This document shows positions 47,050-56,818 of a DNA stretch of 64,000 nucleotides, in pieces. The notes beneath the pieces are model-generated. The model was not told the DNA's origin, did not search any database, and saw only the letters and a program-made list of their open reading frames with translations. Both the position numbers and the translations under genes were made by a program. Each line of letters opens with the position of its first letter. Position 1 is the stretch's first letter. This DNA is from Candidatus Nomurabacteria bacterium. GTDB taxonomy: Bacteria > Patescibacteriota > Saccharimonadia > Saccharimonadales > VXPC01. The stretch lies in NCBI GenBank assembly GCA_020631905.1, contig JACKGQ010000001.1, positions 613,854 through 677,853 on the forward strand. Reading direction: 5' to 3'.

Positions 47050-50000
47050 TTACGCCTCCTCACTTTCATCTATTAGTTCATCATTCTCATACAAAATGTC
47101 GTCTGGGTCTTCGAGATTGTCGTCGCTAATCTCCGACTCTTCAGAAAACTCTTCACTAACCATTTCTTCGGTTAGGTCGAGACTACTATTTTTGTCTTCG
47201 GGCACCTCAACCTCGATTTTTTCCTCGGCCATTTCTTCGATGTGTTCTTCGAGAATGTCTTCGGCATCGATTTGGTGGTTAGTTTCGGCATCGACTAAAT
47301 CGACCTTCAAACCTAGACCTTGAAGTTCTTTAACCAAAACGTTAAAGCTTTCTGGGACTTTTGGTCCAACGATATCGGTACTCTTAATGATAGCTTCGTA
47401 GGCTTTAGCCCGACCAAAGACATCGTCTGACTTGAGGGTAAGCATTTCTTGTAGTGTATTCGCGGCACCATAAGCCTCTAGAGCCCAAACTTCCATTTCT
47501 CCAAAGCGCTGACCACCATTTTGGGCTTTACCGCCGAGTGGCTGTTGGGTGACCATGGTGTATGGACCTGTGCTACGAGCATGGATCTTATCGTTAACCA
47601 TGTGGTTTAGCTTGAATATATGCATGATACCAACGGTTGTGCGCTCTTTAAACGGCACTCCGGTGCGTCCGTCGTAGAGTTGTTGTTTGCCATCATCAGG
47701 TAGTCCTGCTTCTTTGAGTAGTTCTCGAACCTTTTGGTTGCTTACGCCGTTAAAGGCTGGCGAGCTAACATGAATACCTAAGGCGTGTGCTGCCATACCC
47801 AAGTGAGCTTCGAATAGCTGTCCGATGTTCATACGTGAAGGCACGCCGAGCGGGTTTAGTAAGATATCGACTGGTGTTCCATCTTCACTAAATGGCATAT
47901 CGGCTTGTGGCAGGACTCGAGCAATCACACCCTTGTTACCATGTCGACCAGCCAATTTGTCGCCAATCTGGACTTTACGCATCTGGGCCACAAACACTTG
48001 AATTTGCATCAGAACGCCAGCTTTTAGTTCGTGACCATGTTCTTTACTAAAGATTCGGATTCCAACTACTTTACCGTGTTTACCGGTTGGCATACGTCGG
48101 CTTGTATCGCGAACATCTTTGGCTTTTTCGCCAAATATGGCCCGCAGCAATCTCTCTTCGCTAGATAGTTCTTGTTCACCTTTTGGAGTAATTTTACCGA
48201 CAAGAATGTCGCCGGCGTGAACTTCGGCACCAATTCTAACAATACCGTCTTCGTCGAGGTGACGTAATGCATCTTCTGAAACATTTGGTATGTCGCGTGT
48301 AATTACCTCAGGACCAAGCTTTGTTTCACGAACTTCGACCATGTGATCTGTAATATTTACGCTGGTCAATTCGTCTTGTTGAACTAACCTATCGGAAATA
48401 ATGATAGCGTCTTCGAAGTTATAGCCGCTCCAAGGCATGAATGCAATCAAGGCATCTTTGCCTAAGGCAAGTTCACCTTCGCTAATCGAGGTACCTTCGA
48501 TCAGGACATCTCCGGCACTAACTTTTTGGCCATTGTTAACAACTACTCGTTGAGTCATAGCCGTACTGTCGTTGCTACGAATAAAGTGTTCTGGGTAGTA
48601 ATGAGCTTTGCGGTCTTTATATTCAACCACTACTTCATCGGCAGTCGACTTACTAACCACACCAGCGGCTTCGGCATAGATAACTTGGCCTGAGTTTTGG
48701 GCAATTTCGTGTTCCAGACCAGAGCCAACAATCGCTGCTTTTGGTTTGATTAGAGGTACGGCCTGACGAGCTTGGTTTGAGCCAGTCAAGCTACGCAACA
48801 CGTAGTCTTTCTCAATAAACGGAATTAGACCAGCGCTGGTACCAACAATCTGATCCCTGGCTGCGTCGAGGTGAGTAATTTCTTCGATATCGTACTCTCC
48901 AGCAACTCCGGCTTTACGTCCGCTTACACGGCTCGAGATAAAATGACCATCTTCGTCAAAATCACTACCTGCACCGGCAATTACCGACTCGAGTTCGCGG
49001 TCGGCGTCTAGATACTCAACTTCTTGAGTTACGACTGGTACGATAGGCCAAGTTTTCTGTGATTTAACAGTTTCGAGTTGTTTTGCATCGGCACCGGTGA
49101 TTTTTGCACCAGCTTTAACGATTACTTTACCTTTTTCGTCTTCTAGATTGACACGGGCGGTTTTACCAACTGCTTCTTTGGGGGTAACATTGCTAATTAC
49201 TTTAATGTATGGCGTTTCTAAGAATCCGTATTCGTTTGCTCGGGCATACATAGCCATATTCAATACCAAACCAATGTTTGGACCTTCTGGTGTTTCGACT
49301 GGGCAGATACGACCGTAGTGAGTAGTGTGGGCGTCACGCACCTCAAAACCAGCGCGTTCACGGCTTAAGCCGCCTGGGCCCATTGAACTCAATCGTCGCT
49401 TGTGTGCAAGCTCAGACAGTGGGTTGACTTGATCCATGAACTGCGACAACTGCGAACTTGCGAAGAATTCTCGCACTGCAGCCACTACTGGTCGAGCGTT
49501 GACTAATTGACCAGGTGTAACAGTTTCGATTTCGCACATAGACATGCGATCTTTCGTGTTGCGTTCCATGCGCAATAATCCAACTCGAAACTGTCGCTGG
49601 ACTAGTTCGCCAACCATTTTAATGCGTCGATTCGACAAGCTATCGATATCGTCGGCATGCTCTTGGGTATTGTTCAATCTAATAACTTCGGCGATGATTG
49701 CAATTAGATCTTCCATACGAAGAATACGATTTTCGGATGTATTTGAAACTTCTAGATTTAAACGCTTATTAACTTTGTAGCGACCCACACGGCTAAAATC
49801 AAACCGTTTAGGGCTAAAGAACATCGATTCGAGCATACCTCGAGCATTCTCGATAGTCGCAAGATCACCTGGACGGAGGCGTCGGTACACTTCAATTAAC
49901 GATTCGTTGGCACCACGAGCGACATCTTTTTCGAGTGTTGACTCTAGATAATCAATCGTACCCTGGTTAACGTGCTTAAAAGCCTCTTTCATGTCTGCAT

Positions 50001-50625
50001 CAGACATACCTAGGGCACGTAGCAGTGTCGTAACAGCAACTTTACGACGACGATCGATCTTAACGAAAATTGCGTTGTTGTTGGCGGTTTCAAATTCTAA
50101 CCATGCACCTCGTCCCGGAATAACCTTTGCACCATAATAGTTGGTACTGCCAACTCGATTACCCGAGAAGAAGACACCAGGGCTTCGGACTAGCTGGCTA
50201 ACAACTACACGTTCGGCACCATTGACAACAAAAGTTCCCCGTTGAGTCATCCATGGATAGTCACCCATATAGATTTCTTGCTCTTTTACTTCGCCTGTAA
50301 CCTTGTTGGTTAGTTCGACTACAGCTTTAAGCGAGGCTTCATAACTACTGTTATTGTCTCGAGCTTGCTTGTCGGTCATTTTAGGTTCGTCGAACCGATA
50401 ACTCTTAAAACGTAGATTAAGTTTTTCGCCAGTGTAGTCTTCGATTACGTCAAGCTCGGCAAAGAGTTCGCCTAAGCCTTCCTCGACAAACCACTGGAAC
50501 GAATTATTTTGATGGTTAATAAGATTTGGAAGGTTGATCATACTTGGTGCACCGTATGAAACCCGGGTGTTTGTTTGAGCACTAGCATTGCTAGCGGTTT
50601 TATTGGCGGTTGTTGCTTTAGCCAT
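47050..50625 (-). CDS. rpoB: DNA-directed RNA polymerase beta subunit (acidic ~60-aa C-terminal tail)
   Basis: The 1191-aa protein has conserved blocks (GRHGNKGV, FGEMEVWALEAYGA). The tail reads ...EEFSEESEISDDNLEDPDDILYENDELIDESEEA. Confidence 0.98.
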   Translation of the reverse strand: MAKATTANKTASNASAQTNTRVSYGAPSMINLPNLINHQNNSFQWFVEEGLGELFAELDVIEDYTGEKLNLRFKSYRFDEPKMTDKQARDNNSSYEASLKAVVELTNKVTGEVKEQEIYMGDYPWMTQRGTFVVNGAERVVVSQLVRSPGVFFSGNRVGSTNYYGAKVIPGRGAWLEFETANNNAIFVKIDRRRKVAVTTLLRALGMSDADMKEAFKHVNQGTIDYLESTLEKDVARGANESLIEVYRRLRPGDLATIENARGMLESMFFSPKRFDFSRVGRYKVNKRLNLEVSNTSENRILRMEDLIAIIAEVIRLNNTQEHADDIDSLSNRRIKMVGELVQRQFRVGLLRMERNTKDRMSMCEIETVTPGQLVNARPVVAAVREFFASSQLSQFMDQVNPLSELAHKRRLSSMGPGGLSRERAGFEVRDAHTTHYGRICPVETPEGPNIGLVLNMAMYARANEYGFLETPYIKVISNVTPKEAVGKTARVNLEDEKGKVIVKAGAKITGADAKQLETVKSQKTWPIVPVVTQEVEYLDADRELESVIAGAGSDFDEDGHFISSRVSGRKAGVAGEYDIEEITHLDAARDQIVGTSAGLIPFIEKDYVLRSLTGSNQARQAVPLIKPKAAIVGSGLEHEIAQNSGQVIYAEAAGVVSKSTADEVVVEYKDRKAHYYPEHFIRSNDSTAMTQRVVVNNGQKVSAGDVLIEGTSISEGELALGKDALIAFMPWSGYNFEDAIIISDRLVQQDELTSVNITDHMVEVRETKLGPEVITRDIPNVSEDALRHLDEDGIVRIGAEVHAGDILVGKITPKGEQELSSEERLLRAIFGEKAKDVRDTSRRMPTGKHGKVVGIRIFSKEHGHELKAGVLMQIQVFVAQMRKVQIGDKLAGRHGNKGVIARVLPQADMPFSEDGTPVDILLNPLGVPSRMNIGQLFEAHLGMAAHALGIHVSSPAFNGVSNQKVRELLKEAGLPDDGKQQLYDGRTGVPFKERTTVGIMHIFKLNHMVNDKIHARSTGPYTMVTQQPLGGKAQNGGQRFGEMEVWALEAYGAANTLQEMLTLKSDDVFGRAKAYEAIIKSTDIVGPKVPESFNVLVKELQGLGLKVDLVDAETNHQIDAEDILEEHIEEMAEEKIEVEVPEDKNSSLDLTEEMVSEEFSEESEISDDNLEDPDDILYENDELIDESEEA

Positions 50626-50871
50626 TAATTACCGATGCTCCTTAATTTAGGTTTAGAGTTATAAATGTTACTGACAACAAAAAACCCACTTCGAGATTAA
50701 TTGTTGTAGTTTTGGCGCCGAAGTTATCTGTTGCAAGCTAGAGATGCATGTTTTAGGCACACGCAAGCAAGGCTTGAATTACTCTACTTCTTGGAGTTGA
50801 GTTTGATAGATGTCTGAACATTAGTCAAGCAAATACGTTGTGTAATTATCTACGTTCGTCCGAATATGTTT

Positions 50872-51489
50872 TTAACGGCTTGCGATAACCGTGTCGACGA
50901 TACCGTATTCTTTGGCTTCGACTGCTGTAAGAAAGCGATCTCGATCCCAATCTTTTTGAATCTGTTTAATCGGTTTACCGGTGTGTTTGCTCATAATTTC
51001 GGCAAGTGTATTTTTAATCTTCAGGCCTTCTTCCAGACCGATTTCCATATCGGAGATTTTACCTGTAGCACCACCACTAGGCTGGTGGATCATTACTTTG
51101 GCGTTTGGCAAGGCATGGCGCTTGCCTTTGGCTCCCGCGGCCAGTAGCACCGAACCCATGCTCATAGCCATTCCAATACCGTAGGTTTGAACATCTGGTT
51201 TGATAAATTGCATGGTGTCATATATAGCCAGTCCGGCATAAACCATTCCGCCAGGACTATTTATATAGAAGTGGATGTCTTTATCTGGATCCTGCTGCTC
51301 TAAGAACAGCATTTGCGCCACAATTATGTTTGCCGTATGCATGTTTACCTGATCGCCTAAAAATATAATCCGGTCTTTTAATAGCCGAGAGTAGATATCG
51401 TATGCACGCTCAAACCGACCGTCTTGTTCAATTACAGTTGGTATCAACACATTAGAAATAGGTGTTTGCGTAGTAGCTTGTAAATCCAT
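50872..51489 (-). CDS. clpP: ATP-dependent Clp protease proteolytic subunit
   Basis: It contains RIIFLG..V.....[16 protein letters not shown] (catalytic Ser) and IHQP. Confidence 0.97.
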   Translation of the reverse strand: MDLQATTQTPISNVLIPTVIEQDGRFERAYDIYSRLLKDRIIFLGDQVNMHTANIIVAQMLFLEQQDPDKDIHFYINSPGGMVYAGLAIYDTMQFIKPDVQTYGIGMAMSMGSVLLAAGAKGKRHALPNAKVMIHQPSGGATGKISDMEIGLEEGLKIKNTLAEIMSKHTGKPIKQIQKDWDRDRFLTAVEAKEYGIVDTVIASR

Positions 51490-51537
51490 ACTATCAGCAT
51501 ATCACAAACTTAGCACTCAGCAAACTAGACTGCTAGA

Positions 51538-51738
51538 TTAGTGTCTGGACTTTGGTTTTCGGGGATATAGCGCAGCTGATCCGAGGAAGCATGGTATGGC
51601 AAAAGCTGCTAACACTGGTAAGTGTTCACTTAAGGCACCTACAACCGCAACTACTCCGAGCCCGGTAAATAGACCAGAAACTTGAGCTCTCTCTGAAGGG
51701 TCCTCGATTGATCGTAAAAATGATTTTTGCTTAGCCAT
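51538..51738 (-). CDS. small (66-aa) two-helix membrane protein translationally coupled to tig
   Basis: Its ATG overlaps the tig stop as TAATG (51736-51740), and the core is hydrophobic. No motif recognised. Confidence 0.5.
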   Translation of the reverse strand: MAKQKSFLRSIEDPSERAQVSGLFTGLGVVAVVGALSEHLPVLAAFAIPCFLGSAALYPRKPKSRH

Positions 51739-53021
51739 TATTTATAGATGATTTCTTTTAGTTTTGTTAAAGTCCGATCAGTCAAAAGCCGAGCAGCGAT
51801 ATCGCGTCGAGCAGCTGGCTTGTCGAGTTCGGCTTGCATTTTGGCATCGGCGGCATATTGCTGTTTGTAGTCGGTAATGGCTGCTTCGATATCTGATTCC
51901 GAAACCTCGACATTTTCGTTCTTGGCAATCTCGGACAATATGATTCCACCTTTAAGCCGACTAATAGCTTCGTCGCGCAAAGACTGCTTATGGCTTTCGG
52001 AACTCAAGCCTTCTTGCTCTAACCATTCCTGATAGTTCTGGCCTCGATAACTTAAGTTTGCCTGGTGATCGTTTACCATTCTTTCAATTTGGTCAGTTAT
52101 CAAGCCTTCAGGGATTTCAATTTCGGTTTTGTCGGCCAGTTCGCGCATGACTTCGCTTTCCAGCTCGAGCTCGGCCCGATGAATTTTGTCGGCTTTAATC
52201 TGTTTTTCGATGTCTTCGAGTAACTGCTTCGCAGTGCTATATGGTCCAATTTTTTTTGCCAGTTCATCGGAAATTTCCGGAACATGTACAGCCTGAACCT
52301 TCTTGACTAGACATTTAAAAGACACCTGCTTAGATTGCAATGCCTTAACGCCATAATCTTTAGGGAAAGTTAGTTTAAAGGTTGTCTCTTGACCAGCTTT
52401 TGTGCCGATTAGATTGTCTTCGAATCCCGGTATGAAAGTATTACTACCTAAAGCCAGCGGATAGTCCTGACCTTTGGCTCCACTGATTGGATTGCCTTTA
52501 CTATCGACGCCATCAAAATCTATCCAAACTTGATCGCCTTCTTTTGCTTCGCGCTCCACATCTTCTCGCTCGGCCATATCAAATTGAATTCTTTTGGTAA
52601 CAGCATCGATGTCGGCTTGGCTAACAGACACAACTGGTTTAGTCTTTTTCACTTTTTTATAATCGGCTAATTTAATCGCTCCGAGCGTTTCGCAGACAAC
52701 CTCGAGTTCTAGCTCACTAAACGGGACAAACTTGGTAACATTTACACTCGGCGGAACTACTGTTGCGAGTTGCTGACTGTCTAAAGCTTTGCCAACCACA
52801 ATTGGTACAATTTCGTTCAAAAACTCTTGAGCCAGCAGATTCTGATCGAGTTGTTTGGCTATCGCTGATATTGGCGCTTTACCCTTACGGAATCCATCCA
52901 CCTTGATTTCTTTACCAAGTCTTTGGATCACCTTATCTTTGGCTAATTCGATATCGGCCTTAGCAACCGAAACAACAAGCGTCTGAGAAGTGCTTGTTTT
53001 ATTTTTAGACGTAATTTTCAT
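51738..53021 (-). CDS. tig: trigger factor
   Basis: It has N-terminal ribosome-binding GFRKGKAP and an FKBP-like middle region. The start is probably the ATG at 53021 (MKITSKNK...); the track uses the GTG at 53030. Confidence 0.93.
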   Translation of the reverse strand: MKITSKNKTSTSQTLVVSVAKADIELAKDKVIQRLGKEIKVDGFRKGKAPISAIAKQLDQNLLAQEFLNEIVPIVVGKALDSQQLATVVPPSVNVTKFVPFSELELEVVCETLGAIKLADYKKVKKTKPVVSVSQADIDAVTKRIQFDMAEREDVEREAKEGDQVWIDFDGVDSKGNPISGAKGQDYPLALGSNTFIPGFEDNLIGTKAGQETTFKLTFPKDYGVKALQSKQVSFKCLVKKVQAVHVPEISDELAKKIGPYSTAKQLLEDIEKQIKADKIHRAELELESEVMRELADKTEIEIPEGLITDQIERMVNDHQANLSYRGQNYQEWLEQEGLSSESHKQSLRDEAISRLKGGIILSEIAKNENVEVSESDIEAAITDYKQQYAADAKMQAELDKPAARRDIAARLLTDRTLTKLKEIIYK

Positions 53022-53033
53022 AACCGCCACACT

Positions 53034-53669
53034 CTAACAGAGTGAACGATAGTAGTCAAAACCATCTAGTTCGATTTCTATCGCAGTCGCCCATGCTCTT
53101 AGAGCCTGCTTGCCAACTTTACCTATACCATAGATATCAAATGGTTGGGTTACAAAATCCACAAACGACTGCGGGTTTAAGCCGATCGGTGTTTCTACCA
53201 AAGTTCTTGCACCCCTGCTATCTCTGCTAGCCTTAAAAACAGCCGCAAGGTGCAGCGGGCAGCCACACGACCAATCGGCATATTTAGCGCCAGCATGAGT
53301 CCCGTAAAAGTTTTGCTCGAGCCCGTTTTCTACCGACCAGGCATGGTTAAAAGTCGCATGGCCAATCAGTGCATTTACTGCATGAGTCAGGATTCGACTC
53401 GCCGACGAGGGAATAATAGCACCTCTACCGAGTGTACATAAATATGGCACCAACGAACTCGAGACATAGGCTACAAGCCGGTTGTCTCGGTCATCATGGG
53501 CTAGCTCGAAGAATGTCGGATTTAATCCGGATTGGCCAAGCAGCCTAAACCGTGCAGCTCTGGCAACTCCACTAAGCTCAGTTGCAGCTGCCCGCGCTTC
53601 GGCAAGCGAGGCACGCCCAAGCGATTCTCCTTCGATTACATATCTTAAAGACTGATGATATTCGGCCAT
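53034..53669 (-). CDS. orphan hypothetical protein between hisS and tig
   Basis: The 211-aa ORF stops 12 nt upstream of the tig ATG and is Ala/Arg-rich. No motif recognised. Confidence 0.6.
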   Translation of the reverse strand: MAEYHQSLRYVIEGESLGRASLAEARAAATELSGVARAARFRLLGQSGLNPTFFELAHDDRDNRLVAYVSSSLVPYLCTLGRGAIIPSSASRILTHAVNALIGHATFNHAWSVENGLEQNFYGTHAGAKYADWSCGCPLHLAAVFKASRDSRGARTLVETPIGLNPQSFVDFVTQPFDIYGIGKVGKQALRAWATAIEIELDGFDYYRSLC

Positions 53670-53716
53670 GTAGGCTACAGCATACAGCCCGAGCTATGGA
53701 TACAAAAGCACTAGTA

Positions 53717-55024
53717 TTAACGATTCTTTATGGAGTCGATTAAATGATCAACGTCATTGCAAATCTCTTCGCCAGTTTGCATATTTTTGAGTTTTAGTTG
53801 CCCTGACTCTAGCTCGGCATCACCAATAAACAGAACCCAGTTTATGCCTTTTTTGCTCGCCGCTTCAAGCTGTTTTGCTAGTTTGCGACCGCTAAAATCT
53901 ATTGCCACATTGACGGCTTGTTCACGCAATTTTTGAGCGATTGGCAAAGCGTGCCGATATGTATCGCCAACCAGTGCAACGTAAACTTGAGTAACAGGCT
54001 GAAAAGCAGGTAGCAAATTGTTTCCACTTAAAAACTCTCGCAATGTCACATCACCCATCCCAAAGCCAACTGTCGGAAGTGGTTCGACGCCGAAAGCACC
54101 AACTAAGCCATCGTAGCGACCGCCACCAAACATTGAACGCGGATTATCGGGGTTGTTATCAAAGGCTTCAAAAACATTGCCCGTATAGTAGTCAAAGCCA
54201 CGCATAATACAGACATCAAATAGAGCGTTTGTAACCCCAGCTAACTCGAGCAAGTCCAACAATTCGGCTAATTCTTGGTAGCCGTCGGATTGCTTAAGCT
54301 CCTCTGGCAATCCAGCCAACTCTTGGATACTCAGCAGATCCCAAAGCCGTCGATCTAAGCCTTGGCTAAGTTGCTGATCATCAAGGCAATCCCGAATACC
54401 AGACAAAAAATCTTCCTCAGTCAACTTGGCTTTTGCATCGATTAATCTAGAGATCTTAGGCAATTGATTGTCTTCGAATCCCAAGAAACCTTTCAGTGCA
54501 GAGTCCATGAGCTTGCGGTTATTTAACCGAAATCTAAACATCGAATCGTTGGCACCTAAAGTTCGCAATATATCGCGGACAACTAAAATTAGTTCTTGCT
54601 CGGCGGCTACATTTTCGACTCCAAAGATATCAACATTTAGCTGCCAGTGTTCACGTAAGCGCCCTTTTTGCGGGCGTTCGTAACGAAACAGATTGGGTTT
54701 GCTCCACCAACGCAGCGGATAGACAAGTTCTTGGCGACGTGCAGCGACCATCCGACTAACCGTCGGTGTCATTTCTGGCCGCAGGGCAACTTGGCGCTCA
54801 CCCCGATCGCTAAAGCTGTACATCTGATCGTCGACAATCTCTTGATTGGTTTGGTTCTTTAACCGAAACAGTTCGAGTGGCTCGAGTATTGAAGCGTCGT
54901 ACTCTTCGTACCCATAGCGCTCGGCTACGCTTTGCCAAGCCGCAAATAAATAGTTCTGAATTTGTTTATCTGCTGGGTAGAAGTCACGGACACCTTTGTA
55001 GCTTTGGGTAGAAATTTTAGTCAT
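53717..55024 (-). CDS. hisS: histidine--tRNA ligase
   Basis: It has class II aaRS motifs and HisRS-specific sequences (LRPEMTP, GGGRYDGL). Confidence 0.96.
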   Translation of the reverse strand: MTKISTQSYKGVRDFYPADKQIQNYLFAAWQSVAERYGYEEYDASILEPLELFRLKNQTNQEIVDDQMYSFSDRGERQVALRPEMTPTVSRMVAARRQELVYPLRWWSKPNLFRYERPQKGRLREHWQLNVDIFGVENVAAEQELILVVRDILRTLGANDSMFRFRLNNRKLMDSALKGFLGFEDNQLPKISRLIDAKAKLTEEDFLSGIRDCLDDQQLSQGLDRRLWDLLSIQELAGLPEELKQSDGYQELAELLDLLELAGVTNALFDVCIMRGFDYYTGNVFEAFDNNPDNPRSMFGGGRYDGLVGAFGVEPLPTVGFGMGDVTLREFLSGNNLLPAFQPVTQVYVALVGDTYRHALPIAQKLREQAVNVAIDFSGRKLAKQLEAASKKGINWVLFIGDAELESGQLKLKNMQTGEEICNDVDHLIDSIKNR

Positions 55025-55026
55025 AT

Positions 55027-55614
55027 CTAATCATTCTCCTTATTTATGCGTACTTGTGCAAGTTTAACAGCTTGAGCTACAGCTTGACGAGCACTTTTTA
55101 CTGCCCTGAATCTATATCTCTTTCTTGCATCTAGATACTTTCCAGACAGATTGGCTGACCATCCTGGAAATTGATCTATTACTACAACTGGGATACCTGC
55201 TTGATATGCCACACATATTTCGTTTAACGTACCAGAACCACCAGCTATTGCGATTATCGAATCGCAAGACAAACTCTGTACCATCTCCCGCCCCCCTCCA
55301 CGTACTAAGCCCGTTGCTATCACTACACTCGCAGACTCAGGTTTAAATATTTCCAAGCCTATATCATATGTGACACCAATGGTTAAACCGTTATTCTTTC
55401 TGGCAGATAGCGCTGCCTCCGTGGAAAGCGAAAGCGAATCTTTTTCTGCTCCAAACACTAAAGTACAATTGGTGTATGCAAGGTTTTTACCAATACTTCT
55501 TGCTATTTGAATTGATCGTTGGCTGTAGTTAAGATCACTGCAAGACCCTATTACTCCAATTTGCAAATTTCTCATATACATCTCCATTAAATTTTTAATG
55601 TTATTTATAAACAA
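55027..55614 (-). CDS. LOG/TIGR00725-family Rossmann-fold protein (lysine-decarboxylase-like)
   Basis: It contains IGVIGS..., GG..G.M and IAIAGGSGTLNEI motifs. Confidence 0.75.
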   Translation of the reverse strand: MFINNIKNLMEMYMRNLQIGVIGSCSDLNYSQRSIQIARSIGKNLAYTNCTLVFGAEKDSLSLSTEAALSARKNNGLTIGVTYDIGLEIFKPESASVVIATGLVRGGGREMVQSLSCDSIIAIAGGSGTLNEICVAYQAGIPVVVIDQFPGWSANLSGKYLDARKRYRFRAVKSARQAVAQAVKLAQVRINKEND

Positions 55615-55801
55615 AAAGCCGGGTGCTAGCCCCGGAATGATGAGTTATTCAGATATTAGAAACTACCTACCACTTACGAGGCTAACAACCGGCTGAATAT
55701 GTAGATGTAGTTTGATCACTATCTTCTTATTATAGCATGCTTTGCCTAGTAATGTCAAGCTTATGCTTGCTCTTTATGGGTTTTGATGGTTAAATCTTGG
55801 C

Positions 55802-55872
55802 AACTTTGGAGGCAAAAGTCTCTGGAGAAGTACATCCTGTCCTAAATCAGACCTAGCTCCCGAGGAGGAGTC
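55802..55872 (+). promoter_or_regulatory. conserved 5' leader, copy 1 (Clp-N cassette)
   Basis: The sequence AACTTTGGAGGCAAAAGTCTCTGGAGAAGTACATCCTGTC...CTAGCTCCCGAGGAGGAGTC-ATG is nearly identical to 56748-56818. It contains GGAGG / CTCC / GGAGGAG (Shine-Dalgarno) elements. Confidence 0.7.
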
Positions 55873-56565
55873 ATGTTCGATCGTTTTACGCAAGAAGCCA
55901 AGAATGCGGTAATTCTGGCGCAAGAAGAAGCCCGCCTGCATGGCCACACTTATCTTGGCACCGAGCATCTGCTACTGGGGATTCTGCACCAGAACAACAG
56001 CATGGCCGTTACAGCCCTCGAGTGTCTTGGGCTAACATTGGAGCCTGTCCGCCAGCAAGCGCTCGAGATTCTCGGTGTTGGTAGCACATCCCCAAACGTG
56101 CTTCCGTTTACGCCGCGGGCAAGGAAGGTGCTCGAGCTGGCCTACCGTGAGTCGGAACAACTTGGTTCGAATTATATTGGCCCTGAGCACTTGTTGCTCG
56201 GCATTCTGCGCGAAGGAGAAGGCATCGCTTGCCAGACGATTGTGGCGCTCGGCGTCGATCTCGAACATGTCGAGCGCACTGTGATGGGTTCGATCGAAGC
56301 TGCGGATGCCGACACCAAACTCGTTGACGCTGTAAGTAGAACGGTCTATCAGATGTTCCATCGGCACGTCGCAAAGATTGCCAACGCACCACGACTGGAG
56401 GTCGTACCGGTAGTAGTCGTCATCGAGCCAGGTGAGCAGTCGTCGCATAGCGCGACCATCTTGCCGGTTGAACCCGACGTCGAGCAAGTTCTCTTGGCAG
56501 CGCTCGAACGCAGTGACAAAGCCTGCATCACGCTCGCCGATCTCCGCATGGTTCTCGGTAATTAA
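55873..56565 (+). CDS. stand-alone Clp N-terminal (Clp_R repeat) domain protein, no AAA+ module
   Basis: The sequences MFDRFTQEAKNAVILAQEEARLHGHTYLGTEHLLLGIL...LPFTPRARKVLELAYRESEQLGSNYIGPEHLLLGILREGEG form two Clp_N repeats. There is no Walker A motif. A hand-counted sample gives ~62% GC. Confidence 0.9.
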   Translation: MFDRFTQEAKNAVILAQEEARLHGHTYLGTEHLLLGILHQNNSMAVTALECLGLTLEPVRQQALEILGVGSTSPNVLPFTPRARKVLELAYRESEQLGSNYIGPEHLLLGILREGEGIACQTIVALGVDLEHVERTVMGSIEAADADTKLVDAVSRTVYQMFHRHVAKIANAPRLEVVPVVVVIEPGEQSSHSATILPVEPDVEQVLLAALERSDKACITLADLRMVLGN

Positions 56566-56574
56566 CGACTAGAC

Positions 56575-56675
56575 GACAGGATGTAAATCTAGACGCTTCT
56601 CGAGGCACCACCAAGCCTTTCGAGACCGTCATAACCCGCTGAGGAAACTCAGCGGGTCTGTCATTTTAGGCAGAT
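56575..56675 (+). repeat. conserved structured 3' tail, copy 1
   Basis: This 101-nt element matches 57616-57716 at 100 of 101 positions. The closing stem is GACAG/CTGTC, with hairpins TCTCGAGG...CTTTCGAGA and ACCCGCTGAG-gaaa-CTCAGCGGGT. Confidence 0.9.
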
Positions 56676-56747
56676 CTCTAAGTGCCAAGTAACTTACATC
56701 CATTTCATGTCTTTGTTGCAGACTACATATTGTGTTATAGTATAGGT

Positions 56748-56818
56748 AACTTTGGAGGCAAAAGTCTCTAGAGAAGTACATCCTGTCAAAATAGACACCT
56801 AGCTCCCGAGGAGGAGTC
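56748..56818 (+). promoter_or_regulatory. conserved 5' leader, copy 2 (Clp-N cassette)
   Basis: It matches 55802-55872 except for one G/A change and an 11-nt variable patch. It is preceded by TTGTTG-17-TATAGT with TG (extended -10). Confidence 0.7.

Noticed and set aside
56032-56487. There are long antisense ORFs in the GC-rich genes: 56032-56487, 56108-56392, 56349-56549, 56939-57412, 59907-60422, 60148-60444 and 60481-60738.
   Set aside because: These are typical stop-poor shadow frames opposite high-GC coding sequence. Their translations are Arg/Ser/Cys-rich low-complexity sequence with no start context, and the sense frames carry clear Clp_N motifs or signal/TM logic.
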